Shown piece after piece: positions 43,606-51,359 of a stretch of DNA of 64,000 nucleotides. Within the stretch, counting starts at the first letter, position 1, and each line of letters starts with the position of its first letter. The notes below the pieces were generated by a model. It did no database searches and was not told the DNA's origin. It saw only the letters and a program-made list of their open reading frames with translations. This DNA comes from a virus, in the IMG/VR virus record IMGVR_UViG_3300037189_015081, positions 32,001 to 96,000 of that record; one strand, written 5' to 3'. The translations under genes were made by a program, and so were the position numbers.

Positions 43606-43935
43606 ATGACCTCGACAGTTTCGATCCGTACGATCCTTGACCAAATCGTTTCCGGTGAACACGATGACCATCTTGCGGTTATCATGAGCACCGCGAGTAC
43701 GCGGCTAACCAGAGTACGCGGCAGCGTTGAGTATGGAATCGGCGACAGGGTCAGATTCAACTCAGCCTGTGGAACCAAGTACCTGATTGGACACACTGCC
43801 CAGGTCGTGGGCAAACGACGCACCAAGGTCGTCGTCAAACTCGACAAACCAACAGGTCGATTCATTCGCATGACATCCGATGGACCAGTCAGCGCGGAAA
43901 TCACTGTTCCACCTGCAATCATTGACCTCGCCTAG
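43606..43935 (+). CDS. SH3/KOW-like beta-barrel protein
   Basis: IGDRVRF...KYLIG...VV...RTKVVV. Confidence 0.65.
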   Translation: MTSTVSIRTILDQIVSGEHDDHLAVIMSTASTRLTRVRGSVEYGIGDRVRFNSACGTKYLIGHTAQVVGKRRTKVVVKLDKPTGRFIRMTSDGPVSAEITVPPAIIDLA

Positions 43936-43988
43936 TCAATACAGCCATTTTCCACACCTTCTTGATACTATTCACCTAAGGAGTTACC

Positions 43989-44153
43989 ATGACAGAACCA
44001 TTGATAAACGCCTGGTACCCTGACGGAACCTGGGTTGGCTCATTCGTAAGCGCGGAATACGCAAAGGAATGGCTAACCAACGCGGGTTACAAGATCGACG
44101 AGTGCGAGGTTTCAAACCGTCGCTACGTTCGTCCTGAAAAGAAAGAAGAATAG
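43989..44153 (+). CDS. Small hypothetical protein
   Basis: TGATACTAT promoter and AAGGAG RBS. Not in the ORF track. Confidence 0.65.
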   Translation: MTEPLINAWYPDGTWVGSFVSAEYAKEWLTNAGYKIDECEVSNRRYVRPEKKEE

Positions 44154-44157
44154 CAAC

Positions 44158-44307
44158 ATGGAACCATGGACAATTCTCGGTTGGATTCTCGTTTTCCTCG
44201 CCGTGTTCGTAGGGGTTGTGTTCTGTATCGCCGTTATCGCCGCGCTATGGATCTCGATCAAGGGTGCAGGCGCCGACCTTCGCGGTAAAAGCCACAATAA
44301 GAACTAG
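44158..44307 (+). CDS. Small single-TM protein
   Basis: MEPWTILGWILVFL...; operon packing. Confidence 0.55.
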   Translation: MEPWTILGWILVFLAVFVGVVFCIAVIAALWISIKGAGADLRGKSHNKN

Positions 44308-44458
44308 CGCAATGGACAGCAAACTTTCCAGCGCGGTTATCGCCTTGGCCTGCGCGGTTGCCATCGTGATTATTCTTGCTATCTCAGCAACAGGTGCCAG
44401 GTAAAATCTTCCCAACCTACCTGATATAATAAGTAATACAAGAGACGAAAGGACGCAC

Positions 44459-44734
44459 ATGGACAAAGAAAAAGTCATCTACTCTGTGCCAGTCAATGTC
44501 AAGCGCGCCGTAAAAATTACCAAGGAAAAAAACGCGCAAGCCGAGGCACTAGCCAAGGCCGCTGTTGAGCCAGCGCCACTCGGGCCAATCAGATCCTGGA
44601 TCAAGTATCACACGACCAAGGACGAATACGGTTTCGTACCAGTCGAAACCCGTGAAGCCTACATCATTGTAGGTATCTGCTACATCATTTTCCTACCCGT
44701 TGCCATTTGCGGCATCGTAATTGCCTTAACCTAA
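44459..44734 (+). CDS. Cassette gene with C-terminal TM helix
   Basis: Motif plus GACGAAAGGA leader. Confidence 0.7.
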   Translation: MDKEKVIYSVPVNVKRAVKITKEKNAQAEALAKAAVEPAPLGPIRSWIKYHTTKDEYGFVPVETREAYIIVGICYIIFLPVAICGIVIALT

Positions 44735-44743
44735 GGAGCAAAC

Positions 44744-45025
44744 ATGAAGGATTACTCAACATACTTCGCCGGATACCGCTACCGTCGCTACGCGGCAGCC
44801 TTGTGGCTCGCTGATCTGCTTTGGGCGGCCGGAATAACAGTCATCGCGGTTTTTGACGCAAATGACTGGTTTGAAATTCTCGCAGCCGCTCTTCTGATCT
44901 TTGCGGGCATATCGTCAATCACGGTTGCCGCTCTACACTTCGTTCACCTTTCACGCGCCGAGTTTGCAAAGATTCGACCGCTTATCGGGGTGGTCAGCCC
45001 TTTCGACTGGAGGTACGGACAGTGA
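44744..45025 (+). CDS. Two-TM membrane protein
   Basis: AAGGAG RBS. Confidence 0.65.
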   Translation: MKDYSTYFAGYRYRRYAAALWLADLLWAAGITVIAVFDANDWFEILAAALLIFAGISSITVAALHFVHLSRAEFAKIRPLIGVVSPFDWRYGQ

Positions 45026-45162
45026 AAAACGCAATACTGTTCAGTACCTACGGAATGACAGCCCCGTGTCACCATTGCGGCAGCCCGGTTCGCGAAGGAA
45101 TAAAGTTCTGCGACCCGTACTGCAGCGTGAGCTACAAGGCGAAACAGCAAGGTGCCAAATGA
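45022..45162 (+). CDS. Small Zn-finger protein
   Basis: CHHCG...FCDPYC; overlap-coupled at both ends. Confidence 0.55.
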   Translation: MKNAILFSTYGMTAPCHHCGSPVREGIKFCDPYCSVSYKAKQQGAK

Positions 45163-45467
45163 CACGCGGCACTGACCAGCGAGAAAAGATCTACGTTCGC
45201 CAAGCCTGTGAGATCTGCAAGGGTGACGAGGTTCTCGTATACGAGGCAGGCGACCAGCTGCTTTGCGCGGAACACACGCGCAAACATCTGCGCGCCAACC
45301 CGACCAAGCAAACCTGTGACACCTGCGGGTCAGATCAAAACGTGTTCCGCGACCCATCACATCGTCGCAATGAGTATCTCTGCATGAGCTGTCACAATGT
45401 GAACGGATTCAAGGTTCAGGACTCTGTCACGATGCGTGCGCTGCGTAACATCGCGGGAGGTTCATGA
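45159..45467 (+). CDS. Double Zn-finger protein
   Basis: CEIC..LCAEH and CDTC..LCMSCH. Confidence 0.65.
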   Translation: MTRGTDQREKIYVRQACEICKGDEVLVYEAGDQLLCAEHTRKHLRANPTKQTCDTCGSDQNVFRDPSHRRNEYLCMSCHNVNGFKVQDSVTMRALRNIAGGS

Positions 45468-45649
45468 TGGGAGAAATCCAGCAGGTCGCCGAGTTGTATC
45501 TTGGCGGTAAATCACTCGTCGAGGTTGCAGCGGCGATGGACATAACGTACGGCAAGGCGAGAAAGTTGCTTGCCGCTTCAGGAACAGAGCTTCGCGACCC
45601 GTCGAAGCGACTAGTTGGGCGCACGCGCCCGGAAAAGGAAAAGAAATGA
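45464..45649 (+). CDS. Small HTH protein
   Basis: LYLGGKSLVEVAAAMDITYGKARKLL..SGTELR. Confidence 0.75.
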   Translation: MMGEIQQVAELYLGGKSLVEVAAAMDITYGKARKLLAASGTELRDPSKRLVGRTRPEKEKK

Positions 45650-45813
45650 GATTCACTCGTTTTATTCGCTCGATCGTTTGGCCCGCAGTACTTGCCGTCG
45701 CGTTTGGCATCGCGGCACTTGCCGTCGCGTTTCTTTCATCGGGCGATCTTGCCCAGGTAATCGCGCTTTCATCAGCCGCGGTAACATCTGCTCTTCTCGC
45801 AACGCGCGCATAA
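45646..45813 (+). CDS. Small two-TM protein
   Basis: ATGA overlap; hydrophobic. Confidence 0.6.
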   Translation: MRFTRFIRSIVWPAVLAVAFGIAALAVAFLSSGDLAQVIALSSAAVTSALLATRA

Positions 45814-45938
45814 CCTGACAAAAAGGTTTCAAACTTTTTTGAACTTTTTTAGCAAAATGACTCCAAATGAGCAATTGACCTGATATAATAGATCTATCAA
45901 CGCCAAACGGCTAGATAAAACGACGGAAGGACAATGCC

Positions 45939-46181
45939 ATGGAAAAGAAATTCTGCCTCCTCAAGATCTCGGACGGTACTCGCGGAGCGAGCGGCAAGAA
46001 GAAGATCTACGAAGTAACTGTCAGCGGTCGCAAGGTGACCATGAGCTGGGGAATGGCTGAGAAGCCAAACCGTCAGACCAAGGTCGAATACGGCTACACG
46101 GAAAACGACGCGATGCAGATCGCGACCAACAAGGTCGGCGAGAAGCTCATCAGCGGATACCAGATGGCGTACAGCGTCTAG
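45939..46181 (+). CDS. Cassette gene, WGR-like domain
   Basis: KIYEV.V....V..SWG...A....K..EK...GY. Confidence 0.7.
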   Translation: MEKKFCLLKISDGTRGASGKKKIYEVTVSGRKVTMSWGMAEKPNRQTKVEYGYTENDAMQIATNKVGEKLISGYQMAYSV

Positions 46182-46298
46182 CAAAAAATCTCCAGGAGAG
46201 GAGACGCCGAAAGGCGTCTCCTTTCTCCATTTGTCGCGCAACTCCAAAGTACCTGATATAATAGATACATCAGCAAGCCAAACAAACAAGGAGTCAAT

Positions 46299-46421
46299 AT
46301 GAAGCGATACATCGACATCGAGGAAATCCAACTCATCGCAGGAGTAACTGCAACCATTCTCGCCATCGCCGGATTCGTCACCTTCGTGGTAACCATCGCT
46401 TACCTGGCAAGCGTGCGCTAG
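46299..46421 (+). CDS. Cassette gene, 40-aa single-TM peptide
   Basis: Motif plus AAGGAG RBS. Not in the ORF track. Confidence 0.6.
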   Translation: MKRYIDIEEIQLIAGVTATILAIAGFVTFVVTIAYLASVR

Positions 46422-46490
46422 TAGGCGCGCCGCTCCAAAGGCACCTGATATAATTACATACATAACGACGCGACGACCAGAGGAGACGCC

Positions 46491-47069
46491 ATGACATCAA
46501 CACTCATCACCAACGCGGCAAGCGAAAAACAAATCAACTTCATCAAGACACTCGTCGACGAACGAGAAATGACGCAGGACGAGCGCGACGCACGACGCAT
46601 GACCACCCACCTGCTCACCAAGAAAACCGCGAGCGACCTCATCGACACCCTGCTCAAGCTACCAAAGCGCACGGACAAGGTCGCCTTCACTTCAACCGCG
46701 ACAGGTTCACTGCAGGAGGCGTTAGCCAAGGCGCCCAAATCCAAGTACGCGATACCCGTCGATGAAATCGACATCGTTGTCGAAAACACGCCGATGCATG
46801 GTGACCTGCTCTTCATCGAAATCCGCGAATACATGAACCGCCTGTTCATGCGCCGCCTGACCGGAGCACCCGGCGGATTCAGCCGCTGGCACGTAAACCC
46901 CAAGGATGCAACCACCATCGTGGAACACATCGCCAAGGACCCATACCGTTACGCAAAAATCTTCGGTAAGCACTACAGCTGCTGCGGAAGTTGCGGCGCA
47001 GAACTAACCGACCCGGTAAGCCGCGAGCTCCAGCTCGGCCCGGAATGCCGAAAAAAGTTCGGAAAATGA
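46491..47069 (+). CDS. Cassette gene, DUF6011-like Zn-finger protein
   Basis: ASEKQINFI N-terminus; CGSCGAELTDPVSRELQLGPEC. Confidence 0.8.
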   Translation: MTSTLITNAASEKQINFIKTLVDEREMTQDERDARRMTTHLLTKKTASDLIDTLLKLPKRTDKVAFTSTATGSLQEALAKAPKSKYAIPVDEIDIVVENTPMHGDLLFIEIREYMNRLFMRRLTGAPGGFSRWHVNPKDATTIVEHIAKDPYRYAKIFGKHYSCCGSCGAELTDPVSRELQLGPECRKKFGK

Positions 47070-47110
47070 AACCATGGTGATAAAATCACCAATAACGAAA
47101 GGAGCCAGAC

Positions 47111-47320
47111 ATGGCCGACGTAATCGCACACAAAATCACAGCAACAGACTCAACCGGTGAAATCCTCATCCAGTACGTTCAACCAGCATTCCTTCGACAG
47201 GTACGCAACATCCTCCAGGAGGAAGGTTACGACATCGTCAACGAGGAAGAAGTAACCGAACTACCAAGCGGGGTAGACTTCGACGTCACACCAGTAGAAA
47301 ACACTGACGCCGTGGAATAA
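47111..47320 (+). CDS. Hypothetical protein
   Basis: TGATAAAAT promoter and ACGAAAGGAG RBS. Confidence 0.7.
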   Translation: MADVIAHKITATDSTGEILIQYVQPAFLRQVRNILQEEGYDIVNEEEVTELPSGVDFDVTPVENTDAVE

Positions 47321-47379
47321 CACGCACCCGTCCGGGGGGACATCAACCAATGACACAATGACGAAAGGAATGATGCCCT

Positions 47380-47763
47380 ATGTGGATCTTCACTGAAACC
47401 GGATTCGTATCCGCCGTACAACACCGCGACAACCCCGACCTGCTCGTCGTCCGCGGTCGAGACATGCTCTCACTCGAACCAATCACAAACAAGTTCCCTG
47501 AACTCGACATCACCAGCAACGCGACAAGCGACTACCCGCACCGAATCATCATGCCCAAAACAAAGTTCAACGACTGGGTAGGCGAAAGCATCACGGACCT
47601 GAACTACCCCAACTTCAAAAACCAGGTAGCCAAGGTACGCGGAAACGCGTTCGCAGGACTACTCGGCAAGGTCTGGGGTATCATGCTCGGGGCCGAGGAC
47701 GAGGAAGCCCGTCGCGTACGCGCCGCGTACGACCGCAAACACGGATTCGCGGAATACCGCTAA
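47380..47763 (+). CDS. Conserved phage hypothetical protein
   Basis: MWIFTETGFVSAV...LVVRGR...DYPHR...YPNFK. Confidence 0.75.
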   Translation: MWIFTETGFVSAVQHRDNPDLLVVRGRDMLSLEPITNKFPELDITSNATSDYPHRIIMPKTKFNDWVGESITDLNYPNFKNQVAKVRGNAFAGLLGKVWGIMLGAEDEEARRVRAAYDRKHGFAEYR

Positions 47764-47797
47764 CCACAAAACCACTGACCAGGACACCCGGCCAGTA

Positions 47798-47871
47798 CGG
47801 GACGTAGCTCAGCTTGGTAGAGCGCTCGGTTTGGGACCGAGAAGTCGCAGGTTCAAATCCTGTCGTCCCGA
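47798..47871 (+). tRNA. tRNA-Pro (anticodon TGG); CCA not encoded
   Basis: CGGGACG/CGTCCCG acceptor stem, TAGCTCAGCTTGGTAGAGC D-arm, CTCGG-TTTGGGA-CCGAG anticodon arm, GGTTCAAATCC T-loop. Confidence 0.95.
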
Positions 47872-47901
47872 CAATAAAAACAAACCCGAAGGAGCAGTAT
47901 C

Positions 47902-48378
47902 ATGGGAACACTTATCATTCTGCGAGGACTACCCGCCAGCGGGAAAAGCACGTGGGCAAAACAATGGGCCGACGAGGAACCCAACCGCCTGCGGGTAAAC
48001 CGTGATGACCTGCGCTACGCGCTATTCGGTCGATACATCAACGTAGACGAAAACCTGGTAACCAAGGTACAAAAAGCCGCCATGCAGGAGGCAATGCGCC
48101 ATGGCTACGACATCGTACTAGACAACACCAACCTGAACACGATCCACGCCTACGCGGCAATGGACCTTGCCATACGTGCGGGGTACCACATCCAGGTTAA
48201 GGACTTCGAAATCACGCTCGAGGAATCCATAACCCGTGACGCCCTGCGACCAGACCGAAACGTAGGCCAGGACGCCATCACAAAAATCTACAAACGGTAC
48301 ATGCCTGCGGGTAAACTCCCGTACCTGAAGATAAAACAGCCAGAAAACAAAACACATAGAACAGAAAATCAGGTATAG
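47902..48378 (+). CDS. Polynucleotide kinase-like P-loop kinase (kinase domain only)
   Basis: RGLPASGKSTWA, RVNRDDLR, LDNTN and RD..R motifs. Confidence 0.85.
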   Translation: MGTLIILRGLPASGKSTWAKQWADEEPNRLRVNRDDLRYALFGRYINVDENLVTKVQKAAMQEAMRHGYDIVLDNTNLNTIHAYAAMDLAIRAGYHIQVKDFEITLEESITRDALRPDRNVGQDAITKIYKRYMPAGKLPYLKIKQPENKTHRTENQV

Positions 48379-48385
48379 TACAAAC

Positions 48386-48847
48386 ATGGAAAACGAAAAA
48401 CCTGACTTCACGCCAATTGACGAACCCGTCGAGGTCGTCAAGCCTGCGGCTACTCCAAAACCAGCAGCACGCAAGATGCCAGTACCCGACATCGCGTTCA
48501 TCGAGGACACTGAGTCCCCGAACGTCAAGGTAACAAGCATCTCCAACCCTGTCGCCGAACACGTCGTATCCGGTGGTGACCACGACGAGGTACACCTCGC
48601 CAGTTGCGTGTTCAAAAACAAGTACGCACGTAAAAGCCTTACGGTACACCACCTTCAGCGCCGTCTAACCGAACTCGGCTATGGCGAAGCATCCGTGGAC
48701 AGTGACGGTTACTTCGGGGACTACACCCTGCAAGCCATCGAGGCTTTCCGCAAGGACAAGAACATCAAGGGAACAGACCCGATCGATGCGGCAACCTTCG
48801 AAGCCATCTTCATCGGTGACCCTAACGTCAAGGTAGTCATCAAGTAA
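48386..48847 (+). CDS. Peptidoglycan-binding domain protein
   Basis: VHHLQRRLTELGY....DGYFGDYT..AI..F; leaderless start. Confidence 0.75.
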   Translation: MENEKPDFTPIDEPVEVVKPAATPKPAARKMPVPDIAFIEDTESPNVKVTSISNPVAEHVVSGGDHDEVHLASCVFKNKYARKSLTVHHLQRRLTELGYGEASVDSDGYFGDYTLQAIEAFRKDKNIKGTDPIDAATFEAIFIGDPNVKVVIK

Positions 48848-48865
48848 CCTGCGGGTAACCAAGTA

Positions 48866-48899
48866 GACAGGATCCTCTTGTGGGGATCCTGTCTTTTTT
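48866..48899 (+). terminator. Intrinsic terminator
   Basis: GACAGGATCCTC-TTGT-GGGGATCCTGTC-TTTTTT. Confidence 0.85.
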
Positions 48900-49684
48900 C
48901 ATACCAAACCCTTGCGGGTATGCGGGAAACCCTTTCACACAACCAACACGACCCTAGTACATCGCCACGACACCCGAACAAACCCCGCACTTACAAACAG
49001 CCAAATACCACGTGCCACATAGCGCTCGGGCGCCCATAGAGTCACTTTCACGTCACCAACACCATAACCATTGTTGCCCTAAAAAGCCCACCAGAACAGG
49101 CAACCAGGCTACATAAGCAACAGCCAGGCCCCCCGGGGAGCCCCTAGACGCCTGCCAAGACCTGCACCAACCAGCCAGACAGGCACCAGGCATACCCGTC
49201 AACCATCCCGAAAGCCCGGAACCCCGGGACACCATGGCAACCTAGCAGGTATCAGACCAGGACGATACCCAGGCGATCGACAGGGACACCACAGGATACC
49301 CAGCATACATCAGCAGGGAACCCAGCACAACAACCCATGGAACCCCTGGAAACCTAGATAGGTTACACAGGCTATACCAGCCTGTCTACCAGGTTTTCCA
49401 AGGCCAACACATTGACCTGTCTACACCAACCTACAAAGCCAGCAACAACTAGAGTACAACATGGTGCCATTGACGCTCGCAGAAGTGTAACCCTGAAGGA
49501 AAAATGCAAATGGTTGCCACCGTCGGAAAAGTTCCTCGAGACACCTAGGAAAGGGCCTCTCGTATCCCGTAGCCTTCTCTCGCGTCCAAGCGAGTTTACC
49601 TTAAGGTACTACTTCTTCTCCGTCTGTACAAAAGTCTGCTGCCCTTGCTGGTACATCTCCGGATTGGAGTGATACAATAACTAA

Positions 49685-51088
49685 ATGGCAAAGAGCATCA
49701 TGGAACAGCTCGCCCTCCTCTCTGAAGAGGAGCGACGTGAAGTCTTGGCGGGCATGGATCCCGAGATGATCCTGTGGGACTGGTCCCTGTGGGGTCGACC
49801 TGAGCAGCACCAGCCCGTGGATAAGGACTGGAACATCTGGCTCGTGCTTGCTGGTCGTGGTTTTGGTAAGACACGTCTTGCATCGGAGTGGGTTCGCGAG
49901 GAGGCAAAGTACACCACTACCGGTCAGCGTCGTTTCGCGCTTGTTGCGCGTACCGCCGCGGACGTGCGTGACGTTATCGTTGAGGGTGAGTCCGGGATCA
50001 TCAATGTCTCTCCCCCGAGCGAGAAGCCGCACTATGAGCCGTCGAAGCGTCGTCTAACCTGGCCGAACGGTAATACCGCGACCCTGTTTACCGCGGATGA
50101 GCCTGACTCATTGCGTGGTCCGCAGTTTACGCACGCCTGGGGTGACGAGATCGCCGCCTGGCGTCAAACACCTGACGCGGCTGGTATGACCGCGTTCGAT
50201 AACCTTCGTGTGGGTACGCGTCTCGGTGATAAGCCAAAGCTCGTGTTGACAACGACCCCTAAGCGCGTGCCGATCCTGTACCAGTTGATCCGTGAGTCTG
50301 AGAAGGGTAGTGACGTGCGGATCACCAAGGGTTCGACCATGGATAACGCTGGTAACCTGTCTAGCGCGTACCTGAACGCGATCACGGGCGTGTATGAGGG
50401 TACGCGTCTTGCCCAGCAGGAGCTTATGGGTGAGATGTTGTCTGACGTTGAGGGTGCGTTGTGGACCCCGGAGCTGATTGACGCTGCCCGTGAAAGCGCG
50501 CTCCCGCCGTCGACGCCTTTGCGTTTGATTGGCGTTGACCCCTCGGTCGCGGAGAATCCGCGTGACGAGTGCGGTATCGTTGTTGTTGCGTCGACGGGTG
50601 ACCATGATCTGTATAAGCGCCACGCCTGGGTTCTCGAGGACGCCTCGGTGCTTGGTGCCCCGAATGTCTGGGCGCAGCGCGTTGTTGCCATGGCGCGTAA
50701 GTGGGGTTGCCCGGTTGTTGCCGAGGTGAATCAGGGTGGTGCCCTTGTTCGGAACGCGATTAACGCGATTGACCCGTCGGTGAAGGTTCTCGAGGTTCAC
50801 TCGAAGTATGGTAAGGCTTTGCGCGCTGAGCCCGTGACTCTTGCGTATGAGCAGGGGCGTGTTCACCACGTGGATTACCATGCGCAGCTTGAGTCGCAGA
50901 TGATTTCCTGGATCCCGGGTGAAGGTAAGTCCCCGGACCGTGTTGACGCGCTGGTTCACGCCTTGACCGCTCTCTTGATTAAGCCGCCTGCCGGGTTTAC
51001 TGGCGGTAAGGTCCGTGCGTCGTCACCGTCCGCCGCGCGTCTCCCGAATATGCGTGGCTCGGCTGGTCGAGTGTTTAAGGCGCGCTAG
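49685..51088 (+). CDS. terL: Terminase large subunit
   Basis: LAGRGFGKT (Walker A), LRGPQF..AWGDE (Walker B), TTTP; nuclease motifs IGVDP, DECGIVV and SPDRVDA. Confidence 0.95.
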   Translation: MAKSIMEQLALLSEEERREVLAGMDPEMILWDWSLWGRPEQHQPVDKDWNIWLVLAGRGFGKTRLASEWVREEAKYTTTGQRRFALVARTAADVRDVIVEGESGIINVSPPSEKPHYEPSKRRLTWPNGNTATLFTADEPDSLRGPQFTHAWGDEIAAWRQTPDAAGMTAFDNLRVGTRLGDKPKLVLTTTPKRVPILYQLIRESEKGSDVRITKGSTMDNAGNLSSAYLNAITGVYEGTRLAQQELMGEMLSDVEGALWTPELIDAARESALPPSTPLRLIGVDPSVAENPRDECGIVVVASTGDHDLYKRHAWVLEDASVLGAPNVWAQRVVAMARKWGCPVVAEVNQGGALVRNAINAIDPSVKVLEVHSKYGKALRAEPVTLAYEQGRVHHVDYHAQLESQMISWIPGEGKSPDRVDALVHALTALLIKPPAGFTGGKVRASSPSAARLPNMRGSAGRVFKAR

Positions 51089-51126
51089 TTTTTATTTTTC
51101 ACTGATACCTGATACGGTATAAATAA

Positions 51127-51347
51127 CGCAAGAACGACGGTTCGAGCGGAGTGATGGCTGAATGTGACCTTCCAGTAGGGTCCTAAGGCACGGCTGGCCC
51201 TAGCGGGTTTCCTTAGCGGGAGTAACGGCTGGTCGGGTGCGGTACATACTAATGTTCTGCTGGAAACCCGTGGTGGTAAAACGCAATCCACCCACTCACA
51301 CTAAACCCCCGGAACAAGTTCGAAAGAGCGCCGGGGGTTTTATTTTT
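51127..51347 (+). ncRNA. Candidate structured non-coding RNA ending in a terminator
   Basis: AT-rich promoter-like start, several complementary stems, terminal AAACCCCCGG...CCGGGGGTTTTATTTTT. Confidence 0.5.
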
Positions 51348-51359
51348 CCTGAATGAAAG

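Larger units (their letters stand above)
31604..46460 (+). promoter_or_regulatory. Dispersed repeat family (A/G)CCTGATATAAT, an extended -10 promoter; 22 copies plus 1 variant
   Basis: Copies start at 31604, 32527, 32730, 32993, 33418, 33958, 34591, 34894, 35406, 36527, 38435, 39500, 39785, 39845, 40585, 40862, 41661, 42941, 44419, 45878, 46251 and 46443. Variant GCATGATATAAT at 42699. All are on the + strand and upstream of genes. Confidence 0.92.

Noticed and set aside
31604-46460. CRISPR array interpretation of the CCTGATATAAT repeats
   Set aside because: Spacing runs from 60 bp to about 1.9 kb, the intervening DNA encodes genes with RBSs, the invariant core is only 11 bp, and no cas genes are seen.
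31604-46460. Classical integron with attC sites
   Set aside because: No RYYYAAC...GTTRRRY attC structure and no integron integrase in the window. The hairpins between cassettes are unrelated in sequence and look like terminators.
32835-46463. Many short minus-strand ORFs containing 'IISG' or 'NYIR'
   Set aside because: These peptides are the reverse complement of the repeated motif, not a protein family.
49053-49672. ORFs 49053-49235(-) and 49412-49672(+)
   Set aside because: Low-complexity composition, no RBS and no recognisable motifs; treated as non-coding.
49685-51088. Intein or intron in the terminase
   Set aside because: The ORF is continuous and of normal length (467 aa), with no splicing or homing-endonuclease motifs.
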